Source of the DNA: Nemertoderma westbladi | Taxonomy: Eukaryota; Animalia; Xenacoelomorpha | Assembly (NCBI GenBank): GCA_032718475.1 | Contig: JAUCBJ010000764.1 | Coordinates: forward strand, 1-64,000 | Reading direction: 5' to 3' | Length of the DNA stretch: 64,000 nucleotides | Part shown: piece by piece, positions 10,612-23,274 of the stretch | Position numbering within the stretch: position 1 is the first letter of the stretch | Layout: each line of letters starts with the position of its first letter | Notes under the pieces: model-generated | Told to the model about the DNA's origin: nothing | Databases searched by the model: none | What the model saw: the letters and a program-made list of their open reading frames with translations, nothing else | Position numbers and translations under genes: made by a program

Positions 10612-11108
10612 TACATTATAGCACAGGGCGACAGACTCTAGATATATACATCATCGTCGCTCTGATGTATATTGTAGCATTTGGAAATCTTCGACTAGAC
10701 TCATATACACTAGTTGAGTTATTTTGAATTTATATTATGAGAGAGGCGAAGGAAGTGATTGGGGAGACAAACCTGCGGGTTTGGCTTACTCCTTTCACTT
10801 GCCCTAGCAAAAATTTTATATATTTGATTTTGTATGTAGTAATCATTATGTAGTAAGAACGAACGAGAAACAATATTTTGTAAATTTAATTTGTATGTAA
10901 TAATCGTTAAACAGTGAGAGAGATAATATTTTGTAAATTTAATTTGTATGCAATTCATTATGCAATATCTATAGCAATATTTGTAAATAGTAGGATTTAT
11001 AGTATCAAGTGTTTATATTGGTTGGAAGAAATTTATTTTGTTTTGTATACATCACCTTATACTCTTCTACAATTGGAGGGAAACATTGTATGATTTCCCT
11101 TGGAGCGG

Positions 11109-13636
11109 TGTTACGGTATATGGCGCTGTATCCACATTATTAGTCATTATGCAGTATGCAATATTATTCCGTTATGCAGTATGCAATATTAGTCCGTTAT
11201 ACTGTACGTAATATTAGTCCATTGTGCAGCATGATATTTTAGATAAGGCATAATAACGCAATGATATTTAGATAGGGAAATCTAAACACCCATATATTTG
11301 AATCCATCCATTTTGTATAGTATGTAGCCCTACCTACGTAATTTTGTATTAGGATATATGTAGATAGTTCCAGGGTAGCGAGTTTATTCGGACCCTGGAT
11401 TTTGTGCTTGCTGATATTAGCATCGATAGGGCTAGCATATAGGGACGCTGTCCTGGCCATTCAGCAGCCAGGGACGTGAACCATTACCATATGGTAATAA
11501 TTTGAGGTTTGGGCAAGCGATAGGGCTACAATCCGGCCTCCTTATTGGACTAACTGCTTCCAGGTTGGTCTAATGCTAGCACGGACTGGAGAGCCAATAG
11601 GAGAGCGATTGAGTCACCCTATTGCATCACCCCATCCGGATCACCTATAAATTGGTGGTGTGCCGGTAGAGCCTCACATGACACCTCACATGATCTGCTA
11701 TCACCTTTGTACTTGTTGAGCTGTCTCTATTCAATTTTGACGGATATTTTAGCGTATTTTCTGCAATTTGCTAATTTTGATTAATTTCTTGGAATGATTT
11801 GCTAGTGCGATTACTCTCGATTGTGTTTCTCAATTAATTCCTTCGATTACTGCTAATTACAACTGAACTATGATTTCTACTTTTTGATTAATGGTTCTAT
11901 GTGATTCCTTTCTGCGCAATAATCCTAAGGGATTTCTGAGACTGTCAGACTTTGTGATTTGCATGTGCTGCTACGGTAGCTATTAGCATAATGGAGGGCT
12001 AAGGTGCCAGTGGGCGGTGGGCACATCGGGGGGTTGAGCGACTAGGAGAGAGCGGAGGATTCAAAGCGGGCAACGCTGGCTAGGGTCACTGTTGCGGGCG
12101 GGTATCTTGCACTGTAACACGCAGACCATTCGCCGATACAGTAACTAGGGGGCTGATGATCCAGGTTTTGTCTCTATTTAGTATTCTGGGGGCAGGAATC
12201 GGGTTAGTTAGGAATCCTAGATGTATCCGGGAGAGGCCTGCGTGTATTACAACGTTGAGTGTGGAGTACGAATAGTGAGTCGCATAATTGTGGGCTATAC
12301 AGTAGTTAACTGCATAATTGCGAACTGAGATTGCTGACGCTGATTGGTGTGTTATTGAAGTGTGCCTATGATTGTGAATGTTTAGGTAGGCGCCCTTTTC
12401 TTTTGATTGATTTCTATTTCTTAGTTACAATAATTAGTTACTGATTAGGTCAAAGTAATACGGCAATTTAGGCTATTACTAGCGAAACCTGTTGCGTAAT
12501 AAATTAGAATTACGTATTCTGGAACTCTTAGTAATTAGTACGCTGTTAAATATTTGTGACTGTAATTGATTAGTAAAAATTAAGAATTAGTACGCAGCAT
12601 AGCGGAGAGTAGCTAAGGTAATAATTAGAGTACTGTAAACTATTCACGCTGAGCGGTTATTTGCATTAGCGGGCAATCAGCTAGATCGCACTATTCGGTA
12701 CGCACGATACGCTAGTAATTTGCTGGCCTAAAGCCAGCCGCAGGCAAGTTTCGACCCAGAGCGGTACTATCCACGTAGAAACGATTACTGTATCATTTTG
12801 ATTATTTAAATATTCTCGCATTCACACATTACGTTAGAGAACCCCCAGTATTCGCGATTAGAAAAGACATAGGCAATAGCGTGCTTTAATAGTGATAGAA
12901 TTAGGCGTAAGAATACTCTGAGTGCAAAGCCTCTCGCACTCGTCTTAAGTAAGCTTAGGGAGCCGACTCGGGTTTATTGTTTTGGTTATTCCCGCGTGGC
13001 TCATAGATTCGAACAGTTAGCTCTCTATCGAGTGATCGGTAGAGAAAGGAACAAGCGATTTTGCAGGAGTTGTGTAAAATTAGTAAAATATATTAGCGGA
13101 CGGCAGATTAGCGCCATCCAACGGTAAGTAGCGGTTTTGTATTTAGCCACCTTTACAATTTAGTAATATCACGCTCCTGATCCCCTTTACTTAACAGTAG
13201 AGCATTCTTTGTGTCTTATTGGTTAGGCAAGAGCTCATTAGGTTGACAGAGGGATATTAACGGGTATTGGTCTGTTCAACAGTTCTGCTGTTAGTATAGA
13301 GGTCGCGGTTGTTTATCAGTAGTACAAGTAGAGGGAAACCACTTGATGGTCCTCGTGGCGACTGATGATGACTGATGATAAGATTTTTGTGAGAATCATT
13401 TATGATGCTCAAAATTAGTTAATGGTTCAAAATGGTAGCAAACATCAACTGTATGTTTGCGCATTTAATAGATTAATTTAAAACATTAAGGGAATAGAGA
13501 AGGTTACATTGCATTGTTTTGAAATTAAACCAATAAAATAAAATAGATTTCGCATTTGGACAATTTGCTCCAAAGATCACTATCCTAATCACTTGCGCCA
13601 CTATCTGGTGTAAAGAATACTCAGCATTCTAGAACA
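11109..13636 (+). mobile_element. Probable 3' LTR (~2.5 kb) of the BEL element
   Basis: Begins TGTTAC right after the purine tract GGAGCGG. Contains CCAAT (~11594), TATAAA (~11647) and AATAAA (~13532), and ends AGAACA. No 5' LTR in the window to confirm. Confidence 0.55.
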
Positions 13637-14510
13637 GGAAGCGTGTAATTTCGGTCTAGTGCCAGCCAAAAGCCATGATTGGAGTAGTCTGTTATAGAAC
13701 AGATCAGTCTGTACATATGATCTTTTCAATTCCTGCTTAAAATACACCAGTATTGATTATGTGCATATATTTACATTAAATTTTTTAATTTACATTTTAT
13801 TTTTACATTTGAGATATATTTACATGTCTGTACAGTGTACACTGCAATCCCACCATATAAGCGAGCAAGTCACTGCCGTCTAATGTGGTAGTGAGCAAGT
13901 CACTGCTGCCTAATATGGCAACCTCTGATCTGAACATGTTATAGTGCTATGGATATAATATTTGCATTTAAAAAAACTCTCTAAAAAAACTGATTGTGTA
14001 ATTGTAATTAGAGTGTAAACAAGGACACTATTATATATATGTATAGTCAATAAATTTCTTGTTTCAGTACAGTATTTATTAAAGTAGAAACTCTTGGAAG
14101 ATAATGATGTATTCATGTACCCATAAATATCAGGTATAATTGACCTCTTTGCTGTAATGGAAAATTTCTTCTTCTGTTTACACTCCTATGAATCTTCTTC
14201 ACTTTTGACTTGTTTATTGGCATGCATGATAAATTGCCTGATTTCCAAAAATATTAACAATTCCAATTAACGATTAAAGGTACAATCATTTCTGGAGTAA
14301 ATAACACTAAATCCTCTATTCTTATTGCTATAACGTTTTTGACTCCTCTTTTTAGGCAATGCACCAACAACCCCACCTGAGCAATGGCATGAAAAGTAGT
14401 ACAATTGAGGAGGCACCATTGATAAACTTCCTACTGACCCTGTGACTTGTTTGACATTCTGATCCATACCTACTACTTACCATTGTCGACCAATGTAGTG
14501 ATCTGAGTCA

Positions 14511-14632
14511 AGTGGCATGAAAAAAATCTACCCCTGCCTATTAATTGCAATTGCACTGTAATGCGCCTTCTCTGACTGCATGTTATTCCAAAATATAATC
14601 AATGGAGTCGAATTGTAATTAATTTATTATTG
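14511..14632. repeat. ~122-bp segment duplicated at 15559..15682
   Basis: Near-identical agtggcatgaaaaaaatctacccctgcc...aatttattattg at both sites. Confidence 0.9.
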
Positions 14633-14678
14633 CACTTTCGCAATTAATTATGCCTTTGTCATAATTATTGGTTGTAAA

Positions 14679-14762
14679 GGTGGGGTGGTTTAGTTGGTTA
14701 AGAGCCACCAGGCCTGCAAACTATTGGTTGTAGGTTCGAGCCCCACCAGGGTCCACTCAGCC
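14679..14762 (+). mobile_element. tRNA-derived SINE, 5' half (split by LINE insertion)
   Basis: A box TGGTTTAGTTGG and B box GGTTCGAGCCC, then GTCCACTCAGCC, which would continue as TTTCATCC... at ~22343. Confidence 0.7.
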
Positions 14763-16189
14763 TTTTTTTTTTTTTTTTTAATAATCCTTTAATAATAATA
14801 ATAATTATGGAAAAATGTAGAACATACTGCAGAAATGCAAAAACTAAGTAAGTTGTAACCACCCCCCCCCCATTTGCCCATTGCCAATACCAATTACTTT
14901 TTAGGCAATCTGTTGGATTGGAAGCAAGCTTATTTAATCCATCAGATGCTAATGAGTTTCAAAATTTGTTGGTTTGAAATTATAGAAATTATAATTTGAT
15001 CTCAAATAGTTTTGATAAATAGTTTTGATAGTTTTGATAAGTGTACTCAACTAAATAAATCTTGAAAAATGATTCATAATGTGATTTACCAATACAAGGT
15101 TAAGTTTGTGTTTGTTGTTGCGAAAATAAGATATATTCTTTAAGTTTTAATTTAAATTTAGCAAGTATTGGGATTTTTCTAATTTCTGAGGGTAGTTCAT
15201 TCCAATATAGTGGAGGTTGATATGTTATAGAACTCTGGCCAAAATTTGTTTTGAAAAGTGGCAGATGATAGTTGTAACTAGTACGCGTGTTGTGAGTATG
15301 TATAGATTTATTTAATACAAGGAGGTCTGAACCCTGAAGGCCAGCGCCATAGCAGAACCCAAGATGTATCTAGGGTTTGAGCAAACAGAGTGAATTGGAA
15401 CAAAGAAACGCAAACTGGAGGCGCCTGCATACTCCATTACCCATTAGAACTGCAACTCGTGGGAACACATCCCCTTGCAACTGGCTACCAAGGTCGCAGA
15501 AAGGTGCTGAAGGAATAGCCCTCTCTCATTGCTCAAAACCCCATCTGTGGGGCCAACCAGTGGCATGAAAAAAATCTACCCCTGCCTATTAATTGCAATT
15601 GCACTGTAATGCGCCTTCTCTGACTGCATATGTTATTCCAAAATATAATCAATGGAGTCGAATTGTAATTAATTTATTATTGTTTCAAGGTTTGTGGGAT
15701 ATCTAAGTATCCCATCCTATACTTATACATAAAGAGCAGGCATTGGTATCTATATAAATTTGATAACGTTAGTTCTTTGGTAATGTTAAAAAGATCATAA
15801 GTGGGATAATTGTATGGTTTTAGATGGATATAATGCATGACTCTCTTTTGTAGAAGAACTATGGGTTTCAGTACAGTTGCACATGATGGGTTTCCCCATA
15901 TTTAAAGCGAAAAGATGAAATATGGTCGAACTAACGTATTATAGAGCATTAAGCGAATGTGAAACGGCATGAGGTTTTTGAGTTTGCCAATGATTCCGAC
16001 GTTCTTTGCAATTTTTAGTTGTATCTGACTTATGTGTTTTTTCCATTTTAAATCGCTTGATAAAATGATACCTAAAAATTTTGTTTCGTTTACTTTTTTT
16101 ATTTCTTTACCTCCCATCATAAGTGAAACATTTGTTTTGTGTGTGCTTGGACGACGCAATGAGAAAATAGAAAATACTGTTTTATCTAA
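14763..16189 (-). mobile_element. L2/Crack-like LINE 3' end (RT C-terminus, 3' UTR, poly-A)
   Basis: Poly-T at 14763-14779. Minus strand gives ETKFLGIIL...LKWKKHI...MLYNTLVRPY and HNTRTSYNYHLP...YQPPLYWNELP. Interrupted at ~15320-15682. Confidence 0.85.
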
Positions 16190-16301
16190 TATTTGTCAAA
16201 CTTGTTAACGAACTTGACAAAAAAAGTGACTTACAACAAAACATAGTAGATTAATAGGCAAACTACCTAATCTCACAGAATTTAACACTTTCACAACAAC
16301 A

Positions 16302-17910
16302 ATGATGTATACCATGAGCAAAGTGAGAAGTATGGCTTTGATTGCTGCTACTCTTACCATTATAATGGGACCGATTCTTTGGAGAGTTGGATATTTATCA
16401 ATGCTAAATGGACTTGGTGGTATGAACCACTATAGACTACGTAACCCGTTATACTACGAAAATGAAGCGAAACTTGAATATAAAAGATGTAATGAACGAG
16501 TAATGAATATATTTTGGTTGAAGACACACAAAACAGGCACTTCCTCCACTGTCTCAATGTTTACCAAACACGCATATATGAATAAGTTGACGCCAGCAAT
16601 GCCCAACAAAGGAGTTAAACTCAACACCACTCCACGTGTCTGGACATACTGGTGGGAGAAAAACCTAAACGTTTACACCCAACATCCAAATGTATCTTTC
16701 CTCCATGTGAGATACAACAAAAAGATTAAAAGGATTATGCCATCTGGAACAAAGTATATATCTAACATTAGGGACCCAGGTACCCTAATGACATCTTACA
16801 TAGAATACCCTCACTTTAAGAAGGAGTGCGTGACATTTAAATTCGCTATTATATTAATGATAGTAATGTTAAGATTAACAAAATACAGGTTTGGTTAGGA
16901 TAAAGGGGCCTAGAAGATGGCTGAATGAAAACACCACGGTGTAGTTAGTAAACGTTTTCGGCCTCCGGCTACTTCAGACTGTAATACTGTTTGCAGTATA
17001 AAAAATTACTTTTTATATTTAATCTTAATTTACTATTTATATTTTTTACTATGTAATCAAACCAAAAATTTGAATAAACTAAAGAAAAATCTAATGTATA
17101 AAGTAAGTAAATTATTGTTTTCTTGCGAGGACAGTGTTATTAATATTTAAAAGCAAAAACAATACAGGCAATAACAACAGTTGTGATAAAGTTACTTTAC
17201 ATTAGATAAAGTTACTTTTACTGTTATGCTAATTTGTGTGTCATTCACTCCAACACCATAATAATAGTTTTGTGATAACAGCCAATGGACCCAAGGAATC
17301 CTTAATCGATACCTATTTGAAACACCCCGAGGAAGTTTGGTTCAACAACCGACTCTTTGTGAACCCAATGCTACACGAGTTTGGATATATTCTAGATAAT
17401 GAAAACAACGTTTCTGAAATACAGAATATAATTCGCGAAATAGACAATGATTTTGATCATATAATCCTCTTGGAATATTATGAAGAGTCGCTAATTCTTT
17501 TGAAAGATTTACTGTGTTGGGATGTTGGCGATATTGTTTATATTGCAAAGAATATCGGAGATGTAAGAAAAATGACAGTTGTACACAAATATGTAAACAA
17601 CACAGTTAGAGAGAGAATTCGACAAAACAATTTAGGAGACTGGCTCCTCTATCAGCACTTCAATAAAACATTGTGTAATAAAATACATGAATATGGCGAC
17701 GAAAGAATGGCAAATGATGTTAAAGATTTAAGACTCGCAAACGAGGTTATACGTTCTAAATGCTTAAAATCAGCCAACAATAAATCGGACACAGAACAGA
17801 AAATATGTTTCTTCTTAAAGCAAACCGAATTAATTGAACAAATCGTTAATGGTATAGAATTGTATGAGGGAAATATTAAGAAAACTTGGAACAATTTTAT
17901 TTATTTTTAA
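16302..17910 (+). CDS. Galactose-3-O-sulfotransferase-like (GAL3ST family) gene, interrupted by a ~440-bp AT-rich insert (~16834-17275); may be a pseudogene
   Basis: N-terminal TM anchor, 5'-PSB motif IFWLKTHKTGTSS, 3'-PB motif YISNIRDP, FDHIILLEYYEESLILLKDLLCW, DWLLYQHFNKTL. Confidence 0.8.
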
Positions 17911-18089
17911 ATTATATCATTTATGTATGAAATCACAAGAAATTTAATTAGAATTTAGCCAATAATTATGTTACAAATGCTCACGGCGGCAGTGTGCCGC
18001 ACATGGTGTTCAAAGGTAAAATATTTAAAAATTTAGAAAATTATTAAATGCGGCAGTGTGCCGCCTTTGGGGGTAGGATAAGTAGTAAT

Positions 18090-18191
18090 ATAGTTTCTTA
18101 TAGTTATACTGTATCTGTATAGTTTCTTATAGTTATACTGTATCTATATAGTTTCTTATAGTTATACTGTATCTATATAGTTATCTATAGT
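18090..18191. repeat. ~29-bp tandem repeat x3
   Basis: atagtttcttatagttatactgtatct(g/a)t repeated. Confidence 0.8.
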
Positions 18192-18541
18192 TAATCTTTG
18201 TATAAAAATCTTGCGTTGTTCGCATACTAAAGCAGATAAATCACTTAATCATAATATGATAATCATAAAAATTCTTAAACCATAAAATACGAAAAAAACA
18301 AATGTAACTGCTACACTTTAGGGAGAAACTAAATTAGATAAGGTGTGACTGTTGACACATGAATTCTTAAACATGATCCTGTACTGTTTGTGTAATAACC
18401 ATCAATTCGGTGTTCAAGTGACTTCGTCAGTGTCCAAGTCTTACGCCGTAATTGTAAATATTTTTTGCTTAGCTTAATGTGTTTTGTGGGTATAATTAAT
18501 TTTTGATATTGGGGGTAGCGATTTCTAGTTACCGAAATATA

Positions 18542-18883
18542 ATCTAAATTCAGTGATAGTTTATTTGTAGCTAGCCAAATATAAATTTTATCTAGCTCTT
18601 CATTTATTGATTTAAGGATTTTGTTTAAGTCTGTTCCAGATTGAAATACATTTGTGTCATCGGCAAAGATTTTAAACCGCACCAAATTTGAACTCTCGGC
18701 AATATCGTTTATGTATAACAAAAAAAGAACTGGCCCAAGAATTGATCCCTGTGGGACACCACATGTTGTAGGCATATAGTCAGAAAGGGTTGTTTCAAAT
18801 TGAACACGTTGTTGTCTGTTCGTGAGGTAATTTCTGAACCACTCAAGCGGCGTTCCGCGGACACCGTAATGTTCCAATTTCTT
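18542..18883 (-). mobile_element. L2/Crack-like LINE RT core fragment, continuous with 14763..16189
   Basis: LEHYGVRG...GVPQGSILGPVLFLLYIND...FADDT...NKLSLNLD joins KTVFSIF at ~16183. Confidence 0.9.
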
Positions 18884-19203
18884 GTGGTTAGTGTCAAAAT
18901 AGTGGTCAAAATTCTGCTGTACATCTGCTGTACTGCTGTACAGCTGTTAGGTATTAGCTGACAGCTCTACTACAACTGTGCATGACTGCTATGATTTAAA
19001 CTCTAAACTATTAAAAGGCGCTGGGCCTAGCATTGAATGTGGTGAATGTAAATTTAAACTTAACAGTTTACATCGTATATGCCTGAACAAGCATCACAAC
19101 CATACATACACCAACGTAAATATTTCCCAGGCATTCAAGGGCACCAAATTGTTCAACCTGCCGCAGTAGCCAGTAGATAAATAAACCGCTGAAAGGACGG
19201 AAA

Positions 19204-20160
19204 ATGGCAAAGGGAAGAAAATCATCAACTAATAACTCAGGTTTAAATTTAAATAAATCCCTATCACAACAAAAGGAACGTCTGGATGATTTCGAAGAGA
19301 ACCTGGCGGGTTTGGAAGGTCGAATATCTGACATAGTCAACCGAGCAATTAGCGCTGGTGTTACTGATTCCGGTACGGGTCCCGATACCGTTAGGCCTAC
19401 TAAGAAAAAAAGTGGAAATGGAAATTGTGACATTCAAACAGGTGGAACTGTTGTAGGGAGTTCAGATGGTTCGGAATCGCTCACTGAATCAATAAAATCG
19501 ATTGTCGACTTCGAATTAGAAACGACCCGTAACACTCTCTCTGATATCCGATCTGAGTTTCTCGAAATTCACCGGAGATCAAGTGACCAACTTGATGACT
19601 TGGAGCAGTATTCTAGGCGAAACTGCTTGCTCATCCACGGAGTAAAAATGAATCCATCCGAGATTAATGAAGATGACACTCTAATTGTTTCTCTGTCATT
19701 TCTGCGGGATAATCTGAAGCTCAAAATACATGAAGATGATGTTGATCGATGTCACCGTGTAACTAAACGACGGGTCTTTCAACATGGGAAACCAACAACA
19801 TCTGATAGCTCAGCTAGAGACGACAGTTGACCTCCCTGCATAATAGTGAAGTTCGTCCGTTATCGATCACGTGCACTAGTGTTTAAGCAATTACACCTGC
19901 TTAAAGCCACGTCGTTTTATGTGACGGAAAGCCTCACAAGTACCCGTCTAAATCGGCTCAGAAAGGTTCGCGAAGTAGGTGTTGGTTGGTCGCGCGATGG
20001 TCAAATATATGCGATCGGTGCCTCTGGAAAACCGATTCCGATTACTTCAAATTCAGACATGAGGTCGGTGAAAATCTTCACAGAGGATGAAAGGAAAGTC
20101 CGCAGGGAACAGCGGCGAAAGGATGCTAAAAGTGCTAAACCTTTCCTCGGATTTAAATAG
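19204..20160 (+). pseudogene. LINE ORF1 (coiled coil + RRM-like), one in-frame stop at 19828; part of the inverted 5' segment
   Basis: DDLEQYSRRNCLLIHG, VDRCHR, *PPCIIVKF, YVTESLT, WSRDG motifs typical of L2/CR1-group ORF1. Confidence 0.85.
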
Positions 20161-20439
20161 GAAGTCATCGACTACTGATTAGGTTTAACATACATTTCTT
20201 CTAATTTTATCATTATACATATATTATATACATTGCATGCAAGCTAGGCCCAATAGCCATAACATCCATATTAGCTTATTTAGTCTTAGTTAGTTATAAA
20301 CTGTAATAAACTTTGTTTGTGTGAGATCTAAAATTGGATCGTAACGGGGTTGCGATTCAAGGTGTGGGGTAAATTACTGCTTTATATTTGCTAGTGTAGT
20401 TGTAGTTAGGTGGGTTTGCCAAAGACTAATTACTTTTTC

Positions 20440-22338
20440 ATGACATCACCTTTATGCGGCACATGTTCCAAAATTATTCACACGAATGATAAGTGTACCC
20501 TTACTTGTACCATCTGTTTTGCAAAATACCATGTAAAATGTATATCAACAATCAAAAAAGATATTTCCTACCTCAAGTCTTTACCAAATTGGATATGTAT
20601 CCATTGCATAGAATCAAATATTCCATTCCAAAGTATTGTTGATAATATTGAATATATTCTCACTCACTATAAACGATTACAGACTTATTATAAACATTGA
20701 ACAGCTAAGTTCAACTTTGATTAATTTTAACCAAATTCCAGATCCAGATCGACCATCCTTTGACTGTGAACTTGACCCAGATGGAAACTTCTTTTATGAA
20801 AAAAAGTGTAATTACTACTCAGATTTTCAACATTTTAACAATATGAAATTTTCCATGCTACACTGTAACATTCGTAGTTTAAACAAAAATTTAGTAAACC
20901 TAGAGCAATTGCTACATTGTATTGACACACCTCCTGCCATCATTGGTGTCTCTGAAACATGGCAAACGTCACACAATCATGACCAATTCAACCTTAAAAA
21001 TTATAATTTTTCTTACAACTATAGAGAAAAACAAACTGGTGGTGGAAGTGGTATATTTGTGCATAGCTCAATAGATTTTACCAGGCGTGATGATTTATCG
21101 GTATTTAAATCCGGTTTATTTGAATCAACTTTCATTGAGTGGCAACGCGACTCAGATAAAAATGTTATTTTCGGATGTATCTACAGACCACCTGACTCTG
21201 ATATTAATGAATTTCTTGATACCCTTGCTCCTATACTAAACAAAATAAATAACGAAGCTAAGTTAAGCTACGTAATGGGCGATTTCAATATAAATCTACT
21301 TCATACTGAAATTGCACCACAACCGCTCAAATTTATAGAAACTGTATCGGCTAACTGCTTCACTCCTTTAATTAATAAACCTACTCGTATCACTGACACC
21401 ACTGCAACTGCTATTGATAATATTCTCACTAATGATTTTTCGACTATTCATTTATCAGGCATTATAGTTGCAGATATTTCAGATCACCTTCCAATCTTTA
21501 CACAAGTTGACATCCCAGTGAATTGTAAACCACCTCCACCAAAATATTTCTTTAGAAGGGACACATCCGAAAAAAATATTAAGGAATTTTCGAAAACATT
21601 AAGTGAAAAAATGAAATCTGGCATATGGGACAATATTATGGAAAACACTGATCCTGAAACCGCTTATAACAAATTTATTTTAATTTACCAATCTCTTTTT
21701 GAAATCCACTGTCCATTAAAGAAGTTTACAATGGTCAATCCCGATAAACCATGGATTACCAATGCTATTTTTAAGTGTATTAAATCAAAACAAGCTTTAT
21801 TTTCAAATTATATGAAACATAGAACCGAAACAAATAAAATAGGTTATACGAAATACAAAAATTTATTAACTTCTGCACTACGAAATGCAAAGAAGTTATA
21901 CTTTGAAAAGTTATTTGAAAGGTATAAATACAACATAAACAAAACCTGGAATACTGTGAAATCTCTTATCAATAGGAAAAAATCAGAGAACTATCCCAAA
22001 TCTTTTCTCATAAATAAACGCCTTGAAAAAGATGTAACAAATATAGCTAATGAATTTAATCGACATTATGCCTCTGTAGGCACAAATCTATCTGAAAAAC
22101 TACCTAACACCGAAATCCCAGTGTCACAATATCTGAAAAATTCACCAGCGAACTCGATGTTTTTCCACGCCATTTCCGAAAATGAATTGATAAAAACTGT
22201 CATGTCAATGAACAATAAAAAGTCTTTAGGGCTTGATCTTGTGGATCCATCAGTTGCTAGAAAGGTGATCCATTTAATTTCTTCCCCCCTTATGAGCATT
22301 ATTAATGTCATTATCCACAGGTATTATGCCAGACCAGC
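20440..22338 (+). pseudogene. LINE ORF2 N-terminal part: PHD finger, APE endonuclease and linker, ending just before the RT core; frameshifted
   Basis: CGTC...CTIC..YHVKC...WICIHC, HCNIRSL, GVSETW, GCIYRPP, MGDFNINL, PTRIT..IDNI, SDHLPI, KPWIT. Confidence 0.9.
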
Positions 22339-22342
22339 ATTT

Positions 22343-22487
22343 TTTCATCCCCTGTGGTCAATAAAATGAGGACCAGTTCAATTGAATTACTAGGAGTAGC
22401 ACTCAATTCTACTTTCAGATAGCAGCTATCGAAAGAGGAGCCTTCAGGATGCCTACAGCTTCAGCTAACTGTTTACTTGCTTGCTTC
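22343..22487 (+). mobile_element. SINE 3' half
   Basis: TTTCATCCCCTGTGGTCAATAAAATGAGGACCAG core continuing the ACTCAGCC at 14762; ends in a short (GCTT)n tail. Confidence 0.6.
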
Positions 22488-22533
22488 ATAATTAAATATT
22501 GCATTGTGTTTAATTGTTTATATTGTAACTAAC

Positions 22534-22653
22534 ATTGTGTTGCCTGTGCATCATATGATATTAGAGAAGTTAGATCTTCCCAGTCTCCAGTTCCTGTCGG
22601 GTTGTCTCTGTCAAACCATTGACTCATCAGTCCAGGACATTGGTAATTGGTAT
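22534..22653 (-). CDS. WxxW-repeat gene, exon type A, last seen in window
   Basis: 120 nt, AG/GT; QCPGLMSQWFDRDNPTGTGDWEDL. Confidence 0.85.
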
Positions 22654-22798
22654 CTATAAAAATCAAAATCAAAAATACATAAAAATACAAATATACATCC
22701 TGGCAACTATCATCTGACATCTTAACTGCATTTAATCATCTAAATTCTTCATTTAATTATTAATTAATAATACTATTTCAACAACACTCCAGACATAC

Positions 22799-22984
22799 CG
22801 GGACAACAGAAACGAATCTCATAATCCTGACACTGACGTCCACTACTCTGTTCAATGTTTTTACAAATAAGACCATCTGCTGAATACATTGAAAGATTAT
22901 CTCCAGTAGACCAGGCATCAATATGAGTCTGAATGGTTCTAGCCTCAGATGATGTTGGTTCCAGGCAATTGTGTTGAGAAAACC
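22799..22984 (-). CDS. WxxW-repeat gene, exon type B
   Basis: 186 nt, AG/GT; HNCLEPTSSEART...CQDYEIRFCCP. Confidence 0.88.
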
Positions 22985-23274
22985 CTGTACAATATATTAA
23001 TAATATGTTATGAACATATATTAACTCATTCATAACCCACATATTGTAATTTATGAATAATTGATGAATTACATAAATTGTAACATGGATATCTATTATA
23101 ATTGGATCGGAAATTGTATGTAATTGTATGGTGGATCATTATTCTAGTTATTAGCATTAACATTTGGGAGAATTAACATGTATGTTCAGGTAGATAATAA
23201 AATTATAGTAAAATAGATAATTAGTAGTATTAAATATATTAAATTTATTAAATAGTTGTGAATATATTTCTCAC

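Larger units (their letters stand above)
1..13636 (+). mobile_element. BEL/Pao LTR retrotransposon; its 5' part lies outside the window
   Basis: Gag-PR-RT-RNaseH-IN domain order with BEL-type motifs, an extra ORF3, a purine tract and a TGT...ACA-bounded candidate LTR. The right boundary is inferred. Confidence 0.9.

Noticed and set aside
14679-14750. Functional tRNA gene
   Set aside because: A/B boxes are present, but there is no proper acceptor stem and it runs into a SINE body.
18329-18541. C-terminal extension of the RT ORF 18329..18877
   Set aside because: Chance readthrough from the LINE into the inserted segment and an RTE scrap.
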